From the NCBI GenBank assembly GCA_963698075.1, contig OY969116.1, positions 606,131-670,130 of the forward strand: DNA of 64,000 bases, given 5' to 3'. Of this stretch, positions 10,412 to 19,638 are shown in pieces; within the stretch, counting starts at the first letter, position 1, and every line of letters starts with the position of its first letter. A model generated the notes under the pieces. The model ran no database searches. It was not told the DNA's origin and saw only the letters and a list, made by a program, of their open reading frames with translations. Made by a program: the position numbers and the translations under genes. The DNA comes from an uncultured Candidatus Berkelbacteria bacterium. Its GTDB lineage: Bacteria > Patescibacteriota > UBA1384 > UBA12157 > JAENIV01.

Positions 10412-10505
10412 GCGCACGCACGGACATTCGGGGGCCCCGCCGCGCATGGCGGGGCCCGATTGTATCGTCTGACACGCTGAACCACACTCTACAACGGAGG
10501 TCATT

Positions 10506-11867
10506 ATGAGCGCAACCGCTGTCGAAAAACCGAATACGACACCGGAGCGTCGGGAGCGCAAGGACTTCACCACGCTCCTGACCACGGAGTTTGGTGGGCC
10601 AGTTAGGCTCACCTACAGGGAGTTCGACACCAGCGAGAGGGGCGTCAAGATGCGCCGCCTCGCTGGCAACCGCAGCCAGATCGCCAAGGCCCTGGACATT
10701 TCCGAGGACGACGTTCCTTGGATCTTCCCGGTGGCTTGCTGGATCCCGGAGTTGGGCGACACGGTCACGTGTTACGTCCGGCTCTCGTGGTCGGGCAAGA
10801 CGATCAATGCGGTCCCAACGCGCTGGTATGAACTTCAGCGCGTGGGTAAGTGGCAACCACAAAACGAGTTCAACGCCAACGAACTCGTCTTCGAGCAGCG
10901 CGGTAGGGGCTGGGCGACAACGACCAGGCCCTACGTCAAGATCTGGCGGGACTTCCAAGTCACGCCAGACGCTGACGGCAAGGTGCGCTTCGCACCCCGC
11001 ACTGTTGCAGTCCGGCGGGCCATGACTGCCACCTTCTGGATTGCTGGGGCACCGGAGCAGATCCGGAACCTCGGAGTCCGCGAGATCGATGTGTTCCTGG
11101 AACGGCCGGAGGAGCAGTACTCCTACGCCATCCAGGTTCCGATCCTCGGAAGATGGTACACCGCTATCGAACTCGTCGGGCTCACCCGGCTCGAGGCGGT
11201 GCTGGTGGACCTCGACAGCATCCAGAGCAATCTGGAGTCCATGATTTCCAGCGCCGAAGGCTGGGTCATGGACATCCTGCTGCCGACCATCCACCCGGCC
11301 AACATCAACAAGATGGGCCTACCTTCTGGTGCTCTGACTCTGGCCGACGAGGCTAGAAGCAACACCAACCGGCTGGTGGACTGGCTCCGGGGCTGGGCGA
11401 CTTGGGCCGTGGAAGACTTCCGCGCCAAGCGCCGCTCAGGTATCCGGGAAGCTGTCATTGCCATCCCTGAGCCCACCGGTCGCACCTCACGCCAGGACGC
11501 CCTCATGGAATGGAAAGCCGAGCAGATCATTACCCGGCTTGAAAGCCTGGCGGCGGGGACCAAGAAGCAGGAGAGGCCGGACGGCAAGACCAAGCGGCGG
11601 GGCAAGAAGGTTCCTGATGGGCCTAAGGATCGACGCGCTCAGCGCGGTAGGTCGGTGGCCGGCGCCGGGGACGACGTCGACAACTCGATCGGCAGCCGCG
11701 TGAACGGCGCTGATCGCGAGAGGCTCGCTAGGATGGCCAAGAAACCGTCCTTCCGCTACGTCGCCTGCGATGGATGCGGGAGCAAGCACAGGATGCCCCT
11801 GTCCTTCAAGGGCAATTCCGTCCCCCTGGCCAACTGCCCCAGACAGAAGAAAAAGGGCCGGAAGTAA
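10506..11867 (+). CDS. Hypothetical protein with C-terminal Cys cluster (GC-rich cassette B)
   Basis: ACGGAGGT RBS. 453 aa. The C-terminus has YVACDGCGSKHRMP...ANCPRQKKKGRK, which looks like a zinc ribbon plus a basic tail. Confidence 0.5.
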   Translation: MSATAVEKPNTTPERRERKDFTTLLTTEFGGPVRLTYREFDTSERGVKMRRLAGNRSQIAKALDISEDDVPWIFPVACWIPELGDTVTCYVRLSWSGKTINAVPTRWYELQRVGKWQPQNEFNANELVFEQRGRGWATTTRPYVKIWRDFQVTPDADGKVRFAPRTVAVRRAMTATFWIAGAPEQIRNLGVREIDVFLERPEEQYSYAIQVPILGRWYTAIELVGLTRLEAVLVDLDSIQSNLESMISSAEGWVMDILLPTIHPANINKMGLPSGALTLADEARSNTNRLVDWLRGWATWAVEDFRAKRRSGIREAVIAIPEPTGRTSRQDALMEWKAEQIITRLESLAAGTKKQERPDGKTKRRGKKVPDGPKDRRAQRGRSVAGAGDDVDNSIGSRVNGADRERLARMAKKPSFRYVACDGCGSKHRMPLSFKGNSVPLANCPRQKKKGRK

Positions 11868-11964
11868 TCCGGCCAAGTGCCGATCCCCAGCGGGCGGCTC
11901 GAAAGCCGCCCGCTGGATTCTGATTCACACGACACTCTGACGTCACAAGGAGAGAGTTACAACC

Positions 11965-13743
11965 ATGTCTAAGGTGATCGGAATTGATCTCGGTACCACC
12001 AACACGGTGGCTGCCGGAATCCAAGACGGAGAACCGGTGATTGTGCCCTCCGCAGCGGGCACATCAACGACACCTTCGATCGTCGCCTACGCTGACGGCA
12101 AGGTGCTTACGGGCTACACCGCCAAGCGCCAAGCCGTCATCAACCCGACTGGCACGGTGACCGGCATCAAGCGAATCATTGGTCGCCGATTCGATGAGGT
12201 GACGAGCGAACGCGAGACCGCGGCCTACCAGATCGTGGAAGGGCCGGACGGATTCGCGGCGGTCAAGATCGGCGAGACCGTCTTCATGCCAGAGGCGGTG
12301 ACCGCGCAGATCCTGACGACTGTCAAGCGTGCCGCCGAAAAGCACTTCGGCCAGGAAGTGAGCGAGGCGGTCATCACCATCCCCGCTTACTTCAACGACA
12401 CCCAGCGCACAGCTACCCGCAACGCGGGCGCGGTCGCCGGGTTGGATGTCAACATGACCTTTCACGAACCCACCGCCGCATGCATCGCCTACGGGTTCGG
12501 TAAGAAGGCCGTGCCCGAGACAATCCTCGTCTGGGATCTGGGTGGCGGAACATTCGACGTCTCCATCCTCGCCACCGGTGCCACCAACCAGGTGCTCGGT
12601 ACTTCCGGTGACTCGCACCTCGGGGGCAACGATTGGGATGATATCCTCGTTGCCTGGCTCATCAGCCAGATCAAAGAGGCCGGCGTCGACCCGACCGAGA
12701 ACCTCCAGTCACTCACGGCCATCCGCGAGCAGGCAGAGGCCGCCAAAATCGCCCTGTCGAGCGCGGAGACGGTCAAGATCAAACTGCCGTTCATCGGCAG
12801 CAGGAAGTCCGGCCGCCGAAGCGTTCCGGTCCACTTTACCGGGACGCTCACCCGAGAGCAACTCGAGGCCATGAGCGCCGAGCTGCTTGTGCGACTTCGG
12901 TCGCCGTTTAAGCAGGCGCTCAAGAACGCTTCCCTCAAGGTTGACGGCCTCGACGCCGTCATTCTGGTGGGAGGCGCCACCAACATGCCCATGGTCCAGC
13001 GCCTGGCGCGGGAACTCTGCGGCAAGGAACCGCGCACCGTTTCGCGCCTCGAAGAGATCGTGGCGCGGGGTGCGGCGATTCAGGCCGGGGCGTCGGCTCG
13101 AGAATTGGTGGCGCCCGCGCTCTTGGACATCACGCCTCTGTCACTGGGAGTACGCCGGGGCAAAGAGGGAATGGATGTTATCATCCCTCTGGGGACGCGC
13201 ATCCCAGCGACTTTCACCAAGCCCTACACCACGACGGCTAACGGCCAGACGGCCGTGGACATCGAGGTGTGGCAGGGCGAAAGCCCGATCGCCGGCAACA
13301 ACCACTTCCTGGGAAAGTTCACCCTCCCTGGCATTCCGCCGGCGCCCAAGGGCCGCACCAAGATTGATGTGACTTTCAGCATCGACTCCTCGGGCATCCT
13401 GTCGGTATCGGCGATCGACGCCGAATCCGGCAGGAAACGGGCGATCACGGTGACAGGCACGAGCCTGCCGCCGGAGACCATCCGCCGGATGCTCGCCGAG
13501 GCCGAGGCCAACGCCGAAGCCGACCGTCAGCGCCTCGAGGCCGAAGAGGCCAAAGAGGCACTCCGGCCCTTAGTGGCCGAGGCTGAGGAAGCTGCTACCA
13601 AGCTCGAGGGCAAAGAGCGCCAGGACTTCGAACTGGTGCTCGAGAATGGTCGCAAGGCCCTCGAGAGTTCCAACTCCGAGCAGGTCAAGTCTGCGACTGG
13701 CCTGCTCAAGACCGCTCTGGAAGGGACAAAGGCAACTGCCTGA
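11965..13743 (+). CDS. Hsp70/DnaK-family chaperone (divergent)
   Basis: IGIDLGTTNTVAA, ITIPAYFNDTQRTATRNAG and DLGGGTFDVSIL are the phosphate-1, connect-1 and phosphate-2 motifs of Hsp70. AAGGAGAG RBS. High GC. Confidence 0.8.
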   Translation: MSKVIGIDLGTTNTVAAGIQDGEPVIVPSAAGTSTTPSIVAYADGKVLTGYTAKRQAVINPTGTVTGIKRIIGRRFDEVTSERETAAYQIVEGPDGFAAVKIGETVFMPEAVTAQILTTVKRAAEKHFGQEVSEAVITIPAYFNDTQRTATRNAGAVAGLDVNMTFHEPTAACIAYGFGKKAVPETILVWDLGGGTFDVSILATGATNQVLGTSGDSHLGGNDWDDILVAWLISQIKEAGVDPTENLQSLTAIREQAEAAKIALSSAETVKIKLPFIGSRKSGRRSVPVHFTGTLTREQLEAMSAELLVRLRSPFKQALKNASLKVDGLDAVILVGGATNMPMVQRLARELCGKEPRTVSRLEEIVARGAAIQAGASARELVAPALLDITPLSLGVRRGKEGMDVIIPLGTRIPATFTKPYTTTANGQTAVDIEVWQGESPIAGNNHFLGKFTLPGIPPAPKGRTKIDVTFSIDSSGILSVSAIDAESGRKRAITVTGTSLPPETIRRMLAEAEANAEADRQRLEAEEAKEALRPLVAEAEEAATKLEGKERQDFELVLENGRKALESSNSEQVKSATGLLKTALEGTKATA

Positions 13744-13913
13744 GTCCCTCATGAGCACGCCTATCAGAACCCCCGGTCACCCGACCGGGGGTTCTTCATA
13801 TCCAAGGCATTGACATTTATCTTGCCTTCTGGTATACTATTTGAGACGCAATTGAGTAACAGCCCGAGCCAAAGAACAAATTGCGCGCACATTCACAAGG
13901 AGCGCCAGTGACC

Positions 13914-15590
13914 ATGTATCGTGATAATCAGCCCCCTGAACTTGTTGCCACTCTTACCTTCAAGCCCGGCGATCCGTCAAAGGATTCACGACTGGTCACG
14001 TATTATGACAGCAAGACCGTCATCCCCTGCACTCGTTGCCGACATTGCGGCTTTGGTGAGTGGGAAGCCACTCTCGAGCCCGGCAAGGAATACCCGGTGA
14101 TTCTGGAGGAACGTCAGAGGCGCCAAGGAACAGCAATCATCGTCTCCTACGTCGCCCATGCCTGGATCCCCAAGCAGGTATCACCATTCTGGCAACAAAT
14201 CGTCGCCCCGATTGAGACGATTGAGATCGGCTCCACTGGTCTTGAGATTGTCTTTTTGGGCGGCATGGCCGAGGCTGGCTCGCGGGCCTGTGCCCTCATT
14301 ATCTACAAGGGTCATGCCCTCCTGGTCGACTGTGGGATTAACGTTGCCTCTCTTTCTAGAGGGGAGACGCTTGCCTCCCACGAGATTGACCTCGAGGACT
14401 ATGAATCCTTGGCCAGGATGAAGGAACTCCCGGATTTTCCCATTCTCACCCACTTCCTGGAGTCAAGAGAGATCCAGCTGGTCGGGATTCTGGTGACCCA
14501 TAGCCACTTAGACCATTACGGTGGACTGGTGGCCCTCAAGTCCATTCTGGGTGAGCTGATGCCTCAGATCTACGGTACCCAGTTTACCCGCTCGATGATC
14601 AGCCATTACTGCTCTGACCGCGGTTTCCCTTATCCAAGGCTTGAACCGATTACTCCGGGAACCGAAACCGCCATCGGACCGTTTCGCATCCTGCCGTTTG
14701 GGGTTCCTCATGCGGTGATGGATGCTCTTGGCTACTCCATTGGGGTTGAAGGCGAACCTTCCCGCGTGGTGTTCTCGGGCGATCTCAAGGCCCACTACCG
14801 AACGCCCCGTGATATCTTTACCTTCACCGAGGCCCTCAAAGGCCTCCCGCCAACCAAAGCCCTGGTACTTGACTCAACCAACGCCAGCGTGCCTGGTCTT
14901 TCCGGGCTCGAGGATGAGGTTGAACAGGGGATGATCGAAATCCTCAGCCGCGCACCGGGCCGAGTGATTGTCACCTTCTTTTCAACCCGCTTCGATCGGC
15001 TCCAGATGCTCGTGGAACTGGGCGCCCTTTTCGGCAAGGAAGTCGGTGTCTGGGGTGCGAGTTTCAAGCCCACGCTTGAAGCCGCCAGAAATCGCGGTCT
15101 GTACTTTTCCAACCTTGCCGAGGATAAGGTATTCGAATGCGACATCATCGCGGTTACCGGCTGTCAGGCCAATGATACTTCTGTCGCCTGGCGCCTGGCC
15201 CTAGGCGAGCGGTGCGGTGGCATCAGCCTTCGGCCTGACGATACCTTCGTCCTTTCGGCGGTGCCAATCCCGGGCCGGATTACTCCGGTCCGGATGATGC
15301 TCGAAAACTGCCTGAACATCACTGGATCCGAGGTCTGGGTAGACCACTACACCAAGAGGGCGCCCGTGGGTTGCCGCAAAACCCGCACTCACGTGTCTGG
15401 TCACGGCTTCCAGGAGGACATCCGGATTATCTTCGAAAGTCTCCAGCCAGAGTACGTCATCCCGTACCACGCCTCTCTGCCGGCGATGGTTGACCTCGCT
15501 GATCTCGTCACTTCCCCCAACACTCGCCACTGTCTTGATCCGAGCCGAGTTATCCTCTTTGAGGACAACGGCGGCACTATCGTTCTCTAG
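13914..15590 (+). CDS. Metallo-beta-lactamase / beta-CASP RNase J-like hydrolase
   Basis: HSHLDH (the HxHxDH motif of MBL enzymes) and THVSGHGFQEDI (an RNase J-like H-x-SGH motif). Start taken at ATG 13914 after CAAGGAGCG. High GC. Confidence 0.65.
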   Translation: MYRDNQPPELVATLTFKPGDPSKDSRLVTYYDSKTVIPCTRCRHCGFGEWEATLEPGKEYPVILEERQRRQGTAIIVSYVAHAWIPKQVSPFWQQIVAPIETIEIGSTGLEIVFLGGMAEAGSRACALIIYKGHALLVDCGINVASLSRGETLASHEIDLEDYESLARMKELPDFPILTHFLESREIQLVGILVTHSHLDHYGGLVALKSILGELMPQIYGTQFTRSMISHYCSDRGFPYPRLEPITPGTETAIGPFRILPFGVPHAVMDALGYSIGVEGEPSRVVFSGDLKAHYRTPRDIFTFTEALKGLPPTKALVLDSTNASVPGLSGLEDEVEQGMIEILSRAPGRVIVTFFSTRFDRLQMLVELGALFGKEVGVWGASFKPTLEAARNRGLYFSNLAEDKVFECDIIAVTGCQANDTSVAWRLALGERCGGISLRPDDTFVLSAVPIPGRITPVRMMLENCLNITGSEVWVDHYTKRAPVGCRKTRTHVSGHGFQEDIRIIFESLQPEYVIPYHASLPAMVDLADLVTSPNTRHCLDPSRVILFEDNGGTIVL

Positions 15591-15613
15591 AGCGATCCCA
15601 AGAACCCTTCCCA

Positions 15614-15646
15614 CCCCCGCGTCCCACGCGGGGGTGTTTCGTATTT
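15614..15646 (+). terminator. Intrinsic terminator of cassette B
   Basis: CCCCCGCG-tccca-CGCGGGGG followed by TGTTTCGTATTT. Confidence 0.55.
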
Positions 15647-15662
15647 ACAAATCTTTCTCGTT

Positions 15663-16631
15663 ATGCTATGCTTTGGTGTCATGACCATTCGTCAAACCTA
15701 TAATTTAGCCATCGCGATGGGCATTGCCGCTGATCCAAGGGGAAAGCGGGGGATTGAAAAGTGGCTCCAGCGCCAGCGCGCCAAATATAATAAACTTTCC
15801 CGCGATGAGCGCGCCTTATATGACCGCGAGCGCTTAACCAATCCTTATGCCGATACTCGCATTTTATTTGGCGATCCCAATGCCCGCGTCAAAACTATTT
15901 TAGCCGGCATTGATATTAATTCTGGCGATATAGCGCTTTCTAAAACCTTAAACCTGAAACCTGATCTCATCATCAACCACCATCCTCAAGGCAAAGCCCT
16001 GGCCGCTTTAGACGAGGTCATGAATTTACAAGCTGATTTGATGGCGGCCCAAGGCGTGCCCATCAATGTTGCCGAGGGCGTCATGAAAGCCCGCATCGAA
16101 CAAGTTTCCCGCACACTTGCCGGCGCCAATCACTACGAAACCGTTGACGCCGCCAAACTCGCTAAAATCCCATTTATGTGCACTCACACCGTTTGCGATA
16201 ATAATGTTTATAATTTTTTGACAAACTGGCTCGCCCACAAGCATTTTGAAACCGTTGGCGAATTAGTTGAGGCCCTCAAAAAGATTCCTGAATACAAAAT
16301 CGCCGCTCAAAACAATGCTGGTCCGCGCATCTTTGCCGGCTCACCCGAAAATCGAACTGGTAAAATTGTCGCTTTAGAAATCACTGGCGGCACCGAAGGG
16401 TCAAAAGAAGTTTATGAAAAATTAGCCCAAGCTGGAGTGGGCACGATTATCGGCATGCATATGAAAGATGAAAACCGCGAAGAAGCCCTCAAATATCACA
16501 TCAATGTCGTCATTGCCGGCCACATCTCTTCCGACTCCATCGGCATGAATTTGTTCTTAGATAAACTCGCTCAAAAAGGAATTAAAATCATCCCAGTTTC
16601 TGGTTTAATAAGAGTTAAGAGAACTAAATAA
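15663..16631 (+). CDS. Nif3-family dinuclear metal centre protein
   Basis: DLIINHHP (Nif3 D-L-I-x-HHP motif) and C-terminal VVIAGHISSDS. An alternative start is ATG 15681 (MTIRQ). Confidence 0.6.
   Translation: MLCFGVMTIRQTYNLAIAMGIAADPRGKRGIEKWLQRQRAKYNKLSRDERALYDRERLTNPYADTRILFGDPNARVKTILAGIDINSGDIALSKTLNLKPDLIINHHPQGKALAALDEVMNLQADLMAAQGVPINVAEGVMKARIEQVSRTLAGANHYETVDAAKLAKIPFMCTHTVCDNNVYNFLTNWLAHKHFETVGELVEALKKIPEYKIAAQNNAGPRIFAGSPENRTGKIVALEITGGTEGSKEVYEKLAQAGVGTIIGMHMKDENREEALKYHINVVIAGHISSDSIGMNLFLDKLAQKGIKIIPVSGLIRVKRTK
16559..16631 (+). repeat. Direct repeat copy 1 (Nif3 3' end); copy 2 is at 17393-17460
   Basis: The roughly 70 nt from ataaactcgctcaaaaagg... to ...ataa recur after the cofE stop at about 85% identity. 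Both copies keep the reading frame KLAQKGIKIIPVSGLIRV(K/R)R. Confidence 0.7.
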
Positions 16632-16730
16632 TTTCCCAAATGAAAGGCGGGCATCTTCAAAGTCAAAGCCCTCAAAACGTGTAAAATCGTCGCCCACGAG
16701 TTAAGCCTCGAACAAATTCTCGATCGCTAT

Positions 16731-17396
16731 TTGCCCAAAATGAAGGAAAATAGCATTTTAGCCGTCACTTCCAAAATTATCGCCATTGCCGAAAATCGGG
16801 TGGTACCCATCGGCAAAATTGATAAAAAAGCCCTCGTCGAAAAAGAAGCTGATTTATTTATTCCTCAAGATAAAAACAAATACGGCTTCACGATTACCAT
16901 AAAAGGTAGTCTGCTCATTCCTTCGGCTGGCATCGATGAATCCAATGGCAACGGTTATTATATTCTCTGGCCGAGTGACCCGCAAAAATGGGCCAATAAA
17001 ATTAGAAATTATCTTAAAAAACGTTTTGGTCTCCAAAATATCGGCGTCATCATCACTGACAGCAAAACTACCCCACTCAGATGGGGCACCACCGGCGTCA
17101 TGCTGGCCCACGCCGGCTTTAAAGCCTTAAAGAATTACATCAATGAGCCGGACATTTTCGGCCGGCCCTTGCAAGTCACCAAGGCCAACGTTGCCGATGC
17201 TTTAGCGGCTGCGGCGGTGCTCTCCATGGGCGAAGGCAATGAACAAACTCCTCTGGCGATTATAAGCGAGGTGCCTTTTGTAAATTTTCAAAAAAACAAT
17301 CCTTCTAAAAGAGAACTTTCAGGCTTAGCCATCTCGCTTGAAGACGACATCTACGGTAGCATTCTCGGCGCCGTAAAATGGAAAAGATCTAAATAA
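16731..17396 (+). CDS. CofE-like F420-0:gamma-glutamyl ligase family protein
   Basis: N-terminal AVTSKIIAIAENRV resembles the CofE SSKVVSKAEGR region. 221 aa. The gene is flanked by duplicated Nif3 3' ends. Confidence 0.5.
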   Translation: MPKMKENSILAVTSKIIAIAENRVVPIGKIDKKALVEKEADLFIPQDKNKYGFTITIKGSLLIPSAGIDESNGNGYYILWPSDPQKWANKIRNYLKKRFGLQNIGVIITDSKTTPLRWGTTGVMLAHAGFKALKNYINEPDIFGRPLQVTKANVADALAAAAVLSMGEGNEQTPLAIISEVPFVNFQKNNPSKRELSGLAISLEDDIYGSILGAVKWKRSK

Positions 17397-17460
17397 ACTC
17401 GCTCAAAAAGGCATCAAAATCATCCCCGTTTCAGGTCTCATTAGAGTTCGCAGAAAATAA
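17393..17460 (+). repeat. Direct repeat copy 2 of the Nif3 3' end
   Basis: See copy 1. The differences are mostly synonymous or conservative. Confidence 0.7.
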
Positions 17461-18219
17461 TTATTTCTTTCGCCATAAAGTCCAAAAATCGAAACGTTCG
17501 ATTTCAGCGAGTTCTTTTGATTCAATCACAATCATATTAGTGGCGTTCTCTCTTATCGTCAAATAACAAATTTGATCTCTCCAAACCCATTTTTCCGCGT
17601 TCGCCCTCCAGGCATTTTTGTATGGTTTATACAAAATATGAGGGCGGCCAACTATTTCTCGATGTTTTTGGGCGGCTTTAGTATCAGGTAAAATCAAATA
17701 AGTTTTAACTCCCGTTTTATCGTTGAATGCCAAATATTTATCGTAGAACTCTTTATCCATCCCGTACCAATATTCCACATTCCCCGTGGACCAAATCAAA
17801 ATCTCATCACCTTTTTTAGCTCCTTTCATATATTGCCTGTACCACTCGCGCATCGCCAGAGGATTCTCATAAACAGTGATTAGAGGAATGGCTCGTTCGG
17901 CGGAGGCTTGAGATTTTAAAACTGGCATAATTTTGAGGACTTTTTCTTTATTTTTTTGGGCAATATCGGCCAAAATGTCTGGTTCAACGGCTTTGTAATA
18001 ATCCTTGTTGCCAAGGGCAATTTTCTTAATCAGACCCTTTCCCATCATCCCAGGCAATAAAAGATAAACCATCTGGCGGGTGTCGTCCATTTTTTGACCT
18101 AATTGGATGGCCGAAGCCGGACCGAGTTTTAGCGCTGTCAAATATAATCGCGCTTCATTTTTATGAAGGCCAATTGCTTCTAATAGATTATAGATTGCGT
18201 CATTGTTCATAGCTTGCAC
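17461..18219 (-). CDS. TrmB-family transcriptional regulator (paralog 1)
   Basis: The N-terminal wHTH contains EARLYLTALKLGPASAIQLGQ (TrmB signature is YLALLELG). The C-terminus ..IIESKELAEIERFDFWTLW is shared with three paralogs in this window. Confidence 0.7.
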   Translation of the reverse strand: MQAMNNDAIYNLLEAIGLHKNEARLYLTALKLGPASAIQLGQKMDDTRQMVYLLLPGMMGKGLIKKIALGNKDYYKAVEPDILADIAQKNKEKVLKIMPVLKSQASAERAIPLITVYENPLAMREWYRQYMKGAKKGDEILIWSTGNVEYWYGMDKEFYDKYLAFNDKTGVKTYLILPDTKAAQKHREIVGRPHILYKPYKNAWRANAEKWVWRDQICYLTIRENATNMIVIESKELAEIERFDFWTLWRKK

Positions 18220-18256
18220 CGAGCTTGTCGAGGTGTAAAATATTTTCTTTACATTA

Positions 18257-18331
18257 TTATATCATATTCTATTTTCAAGGTCAATACTCGTCGTATATAT
18301 ACTTGACATTCGAGCGATAATGTGATATAAT
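18257..18331. promoter_or_regulatory. Divergent consensus promoters between TrmB-1 and cassette C
   Basis: Minus strand: TTGACC-17-TATAAT. Plus strand: TTGACA (18303-18308)-17-TATAAT (18326-18331) with a TG extension. The plus leader contains the hairpin GATGGG..CCTGT-t-ACAGG..CCCATC. Confidence 0.55.
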
Positions 18332-18402
18332 CAGTTGTTCACGATGGGAGATGGCCTGTTACAGGTTAGCCCATCGGAACGAACCTTACAAGGAGCAAAT
18401 CA

Positions 18403-18669
18403 ATGAAACTGGGCTGGATTCTGATGACGCCGGCATTGGTATACATAGCAACGGGGATAATCTATGCCTTCACCCAGAAAAACCCTTTGCTAAATAGCCG
18501 ATTCTACTTCGGTTCCCTCTGGTTCCGCGATCTTCTGGAGAGATTGTTTCCAGGAAAGATCGATCCCAACAAAGATTGGAGGGCTGCTGTCTCTGTTCTG
18601 CTACTGCTAGCCATCTTTATGATGGCCTTTATCGGACTTCGACTACTACTCGATATGCAGGAAGGATAA
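18403..18669 (+). CDS. Small 2-TM membrane protein (GC-rich cassette C)
   Basis: AAGGAG RBS, two hydrophobic helices, 88 aa. Confidence 0.5.
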   Translation: MKLGWILMTPALVYIATGIIYAFTQKNPLLNSRFYFGSLWFRDLLERLFPGKIDPNKDWRAAVSVLLLLAIFMMAFIGLRLLLDMQEG

Positions 18670-18764
18670 TCATCCGCCCCTCGGTTCCCGAGGGGCGCAA
18701 CCTCGAGTTCCATTAGATACAGGGGTATCTAAAGGGATTGGAGAGTTAACAAAGGAGAAGACAC

Positions 18765-19292
18765 ATGTGGACCACAGGAGAACTGGTCGTTCTAGCCGTT
18801 GTAATATGGTTTCTCATCGGCGGCGTGATCATGTTCCGGATTGGCAATGGAACAGCCGCGCCATTCGCTGTATTTCCGTTCCTCTGCCTACTCTGGCCGC
18901 TGGTCCTGATCCTCCGCCGTTACAACAAGAGGTTCCGGAGGCTGTTGGAAGAGAGTACCTGGTTCAGGTGGCCACCTTTGTCTTGCGAATCTTGCCAACT
19001 CATGGGCGACACCGGCCCGAACGATAGGTGTGGAGAGAAGATGAGAAAAGATGAAGCGAAACTGGATCCTCGCAACAGGTGGAATCGCTGGCATCATGAT
19101 CGCCATCCTCGTGCCTCACATCCACAAGGTGGAGATCGCGCGAGCGTTGGCAGATGCCAAGGCGACCATGGCCCCTGTCTGGACGGTCGCCTCTGTAAGC
19201 CGGTTCACCTTCGAAGGCGACAGAAAGTACGAAACTGGCCTAGTCGTTCCGCATGGCTATGTTCGCCTCTGGATCAAGCCGGCCAACGGTGA
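18765..19292 (+). CDS. Small membrane protein; true 3' end uncertain (probably near 19050)
   Basis: AAAGGAG RBS. The first ~95 aa form two transmembrane helices. The rest of the ORF is Arg-rich low-complexity sequence that overlaps the next gene, which is likely a read-through of an open frame in GC-rich DNA. Confidence 0.35.
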   Translation: MWTTGELVVLAVVIWFLIGGVIMFRIGNGTAAPFAVFPFLCLLWPLVLILRRYNKRFRRLLEESTWFRWPPLSCESCQLMGDTGPNDRCGEKMRKDEAKLDPRNRWNRWHHDRHPRASHPQGGDRASVGRCQGDHGPCLDGRLCKPVHLRRRQKVRNWPSRSAWLCSPLDQAGQR

Positions 19293-19539
19293 GAAGTTTG
19301 AGGGGAAGGAAGCGTATCTGATCGTCGCGACCGGGGAAAGCCCCCAGCTCGAACAGTATCTCAAGGTCAAGCCTGGTGACCAGCTGTACTTCGTGCTCGA
19401 CCAAGAGAATCCCGATCATCTGTCAGGATGGGATTCCTTCGAGAAACTACGGCTCTGGATGGTCGTCCCCGAAGAGAAGCAGAAGGACTATCCAGGCGAC
19501 TTTCGCCAGCACCCGGAATACAGATTTCAGCGCTGGTAA
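19051..19539 (+). CDS. Membrane-anchored hypothetical protein (GC-rich cassette C)
   Basis: N-terminal transmembrane helix, then a soluble domain. 162 aa. Confidence 0.5.
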   Translation: MKRNWILATGGIAGIMIAILVPHIHKVEIARALADAKATMAPVWTVASVSRFTFEGDRKYETGLVVPHGYVRLWIKPANGEKFEGKEAYLIVATGESPQLEQYLKVKPGDQLYFVLDQENPDHLSGWDSFEKLRLWMVVPEEKQKDYPGDFRQHPEYRFQRW

Positions 19540-19574
19540 GAACCATGAGCCGACGGGCACACCGCACGAGTTCT

Positions 19575-19612
19575 GGCGGGGGCCAAAAGCCCCCGCCTTT
19601 TTGTTATTTTTT
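19575..19612 (+). terminator. Intrinsic terminator of cassette C
   Basis: GGCGGGGGC-caaaa-GCCCCCGCC followed by TTTTTGTTATTTTTT. Confidence 0.65.
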
Positions 19613-19638
19613 CTTTCCCCGGCGCTCTCTTTACCCCC

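Noticed and set aside
9517-13758. Many long antisense or alternative-frame ORFs in the GC-rich cassettes (for example 9517-10041-, 9605-10612-, 10404-11294-, 11123-11605-, 12064-12618-, 12489-13037-, 13224-13511-).
   Set aside because: They are typical stop-codon-poor shadows of GC-rich coding DNA. They have no RBS and only Arg/Ala/Pro-rich low-complexity translations. The plus-strand genes have SDs and recognisable domains.
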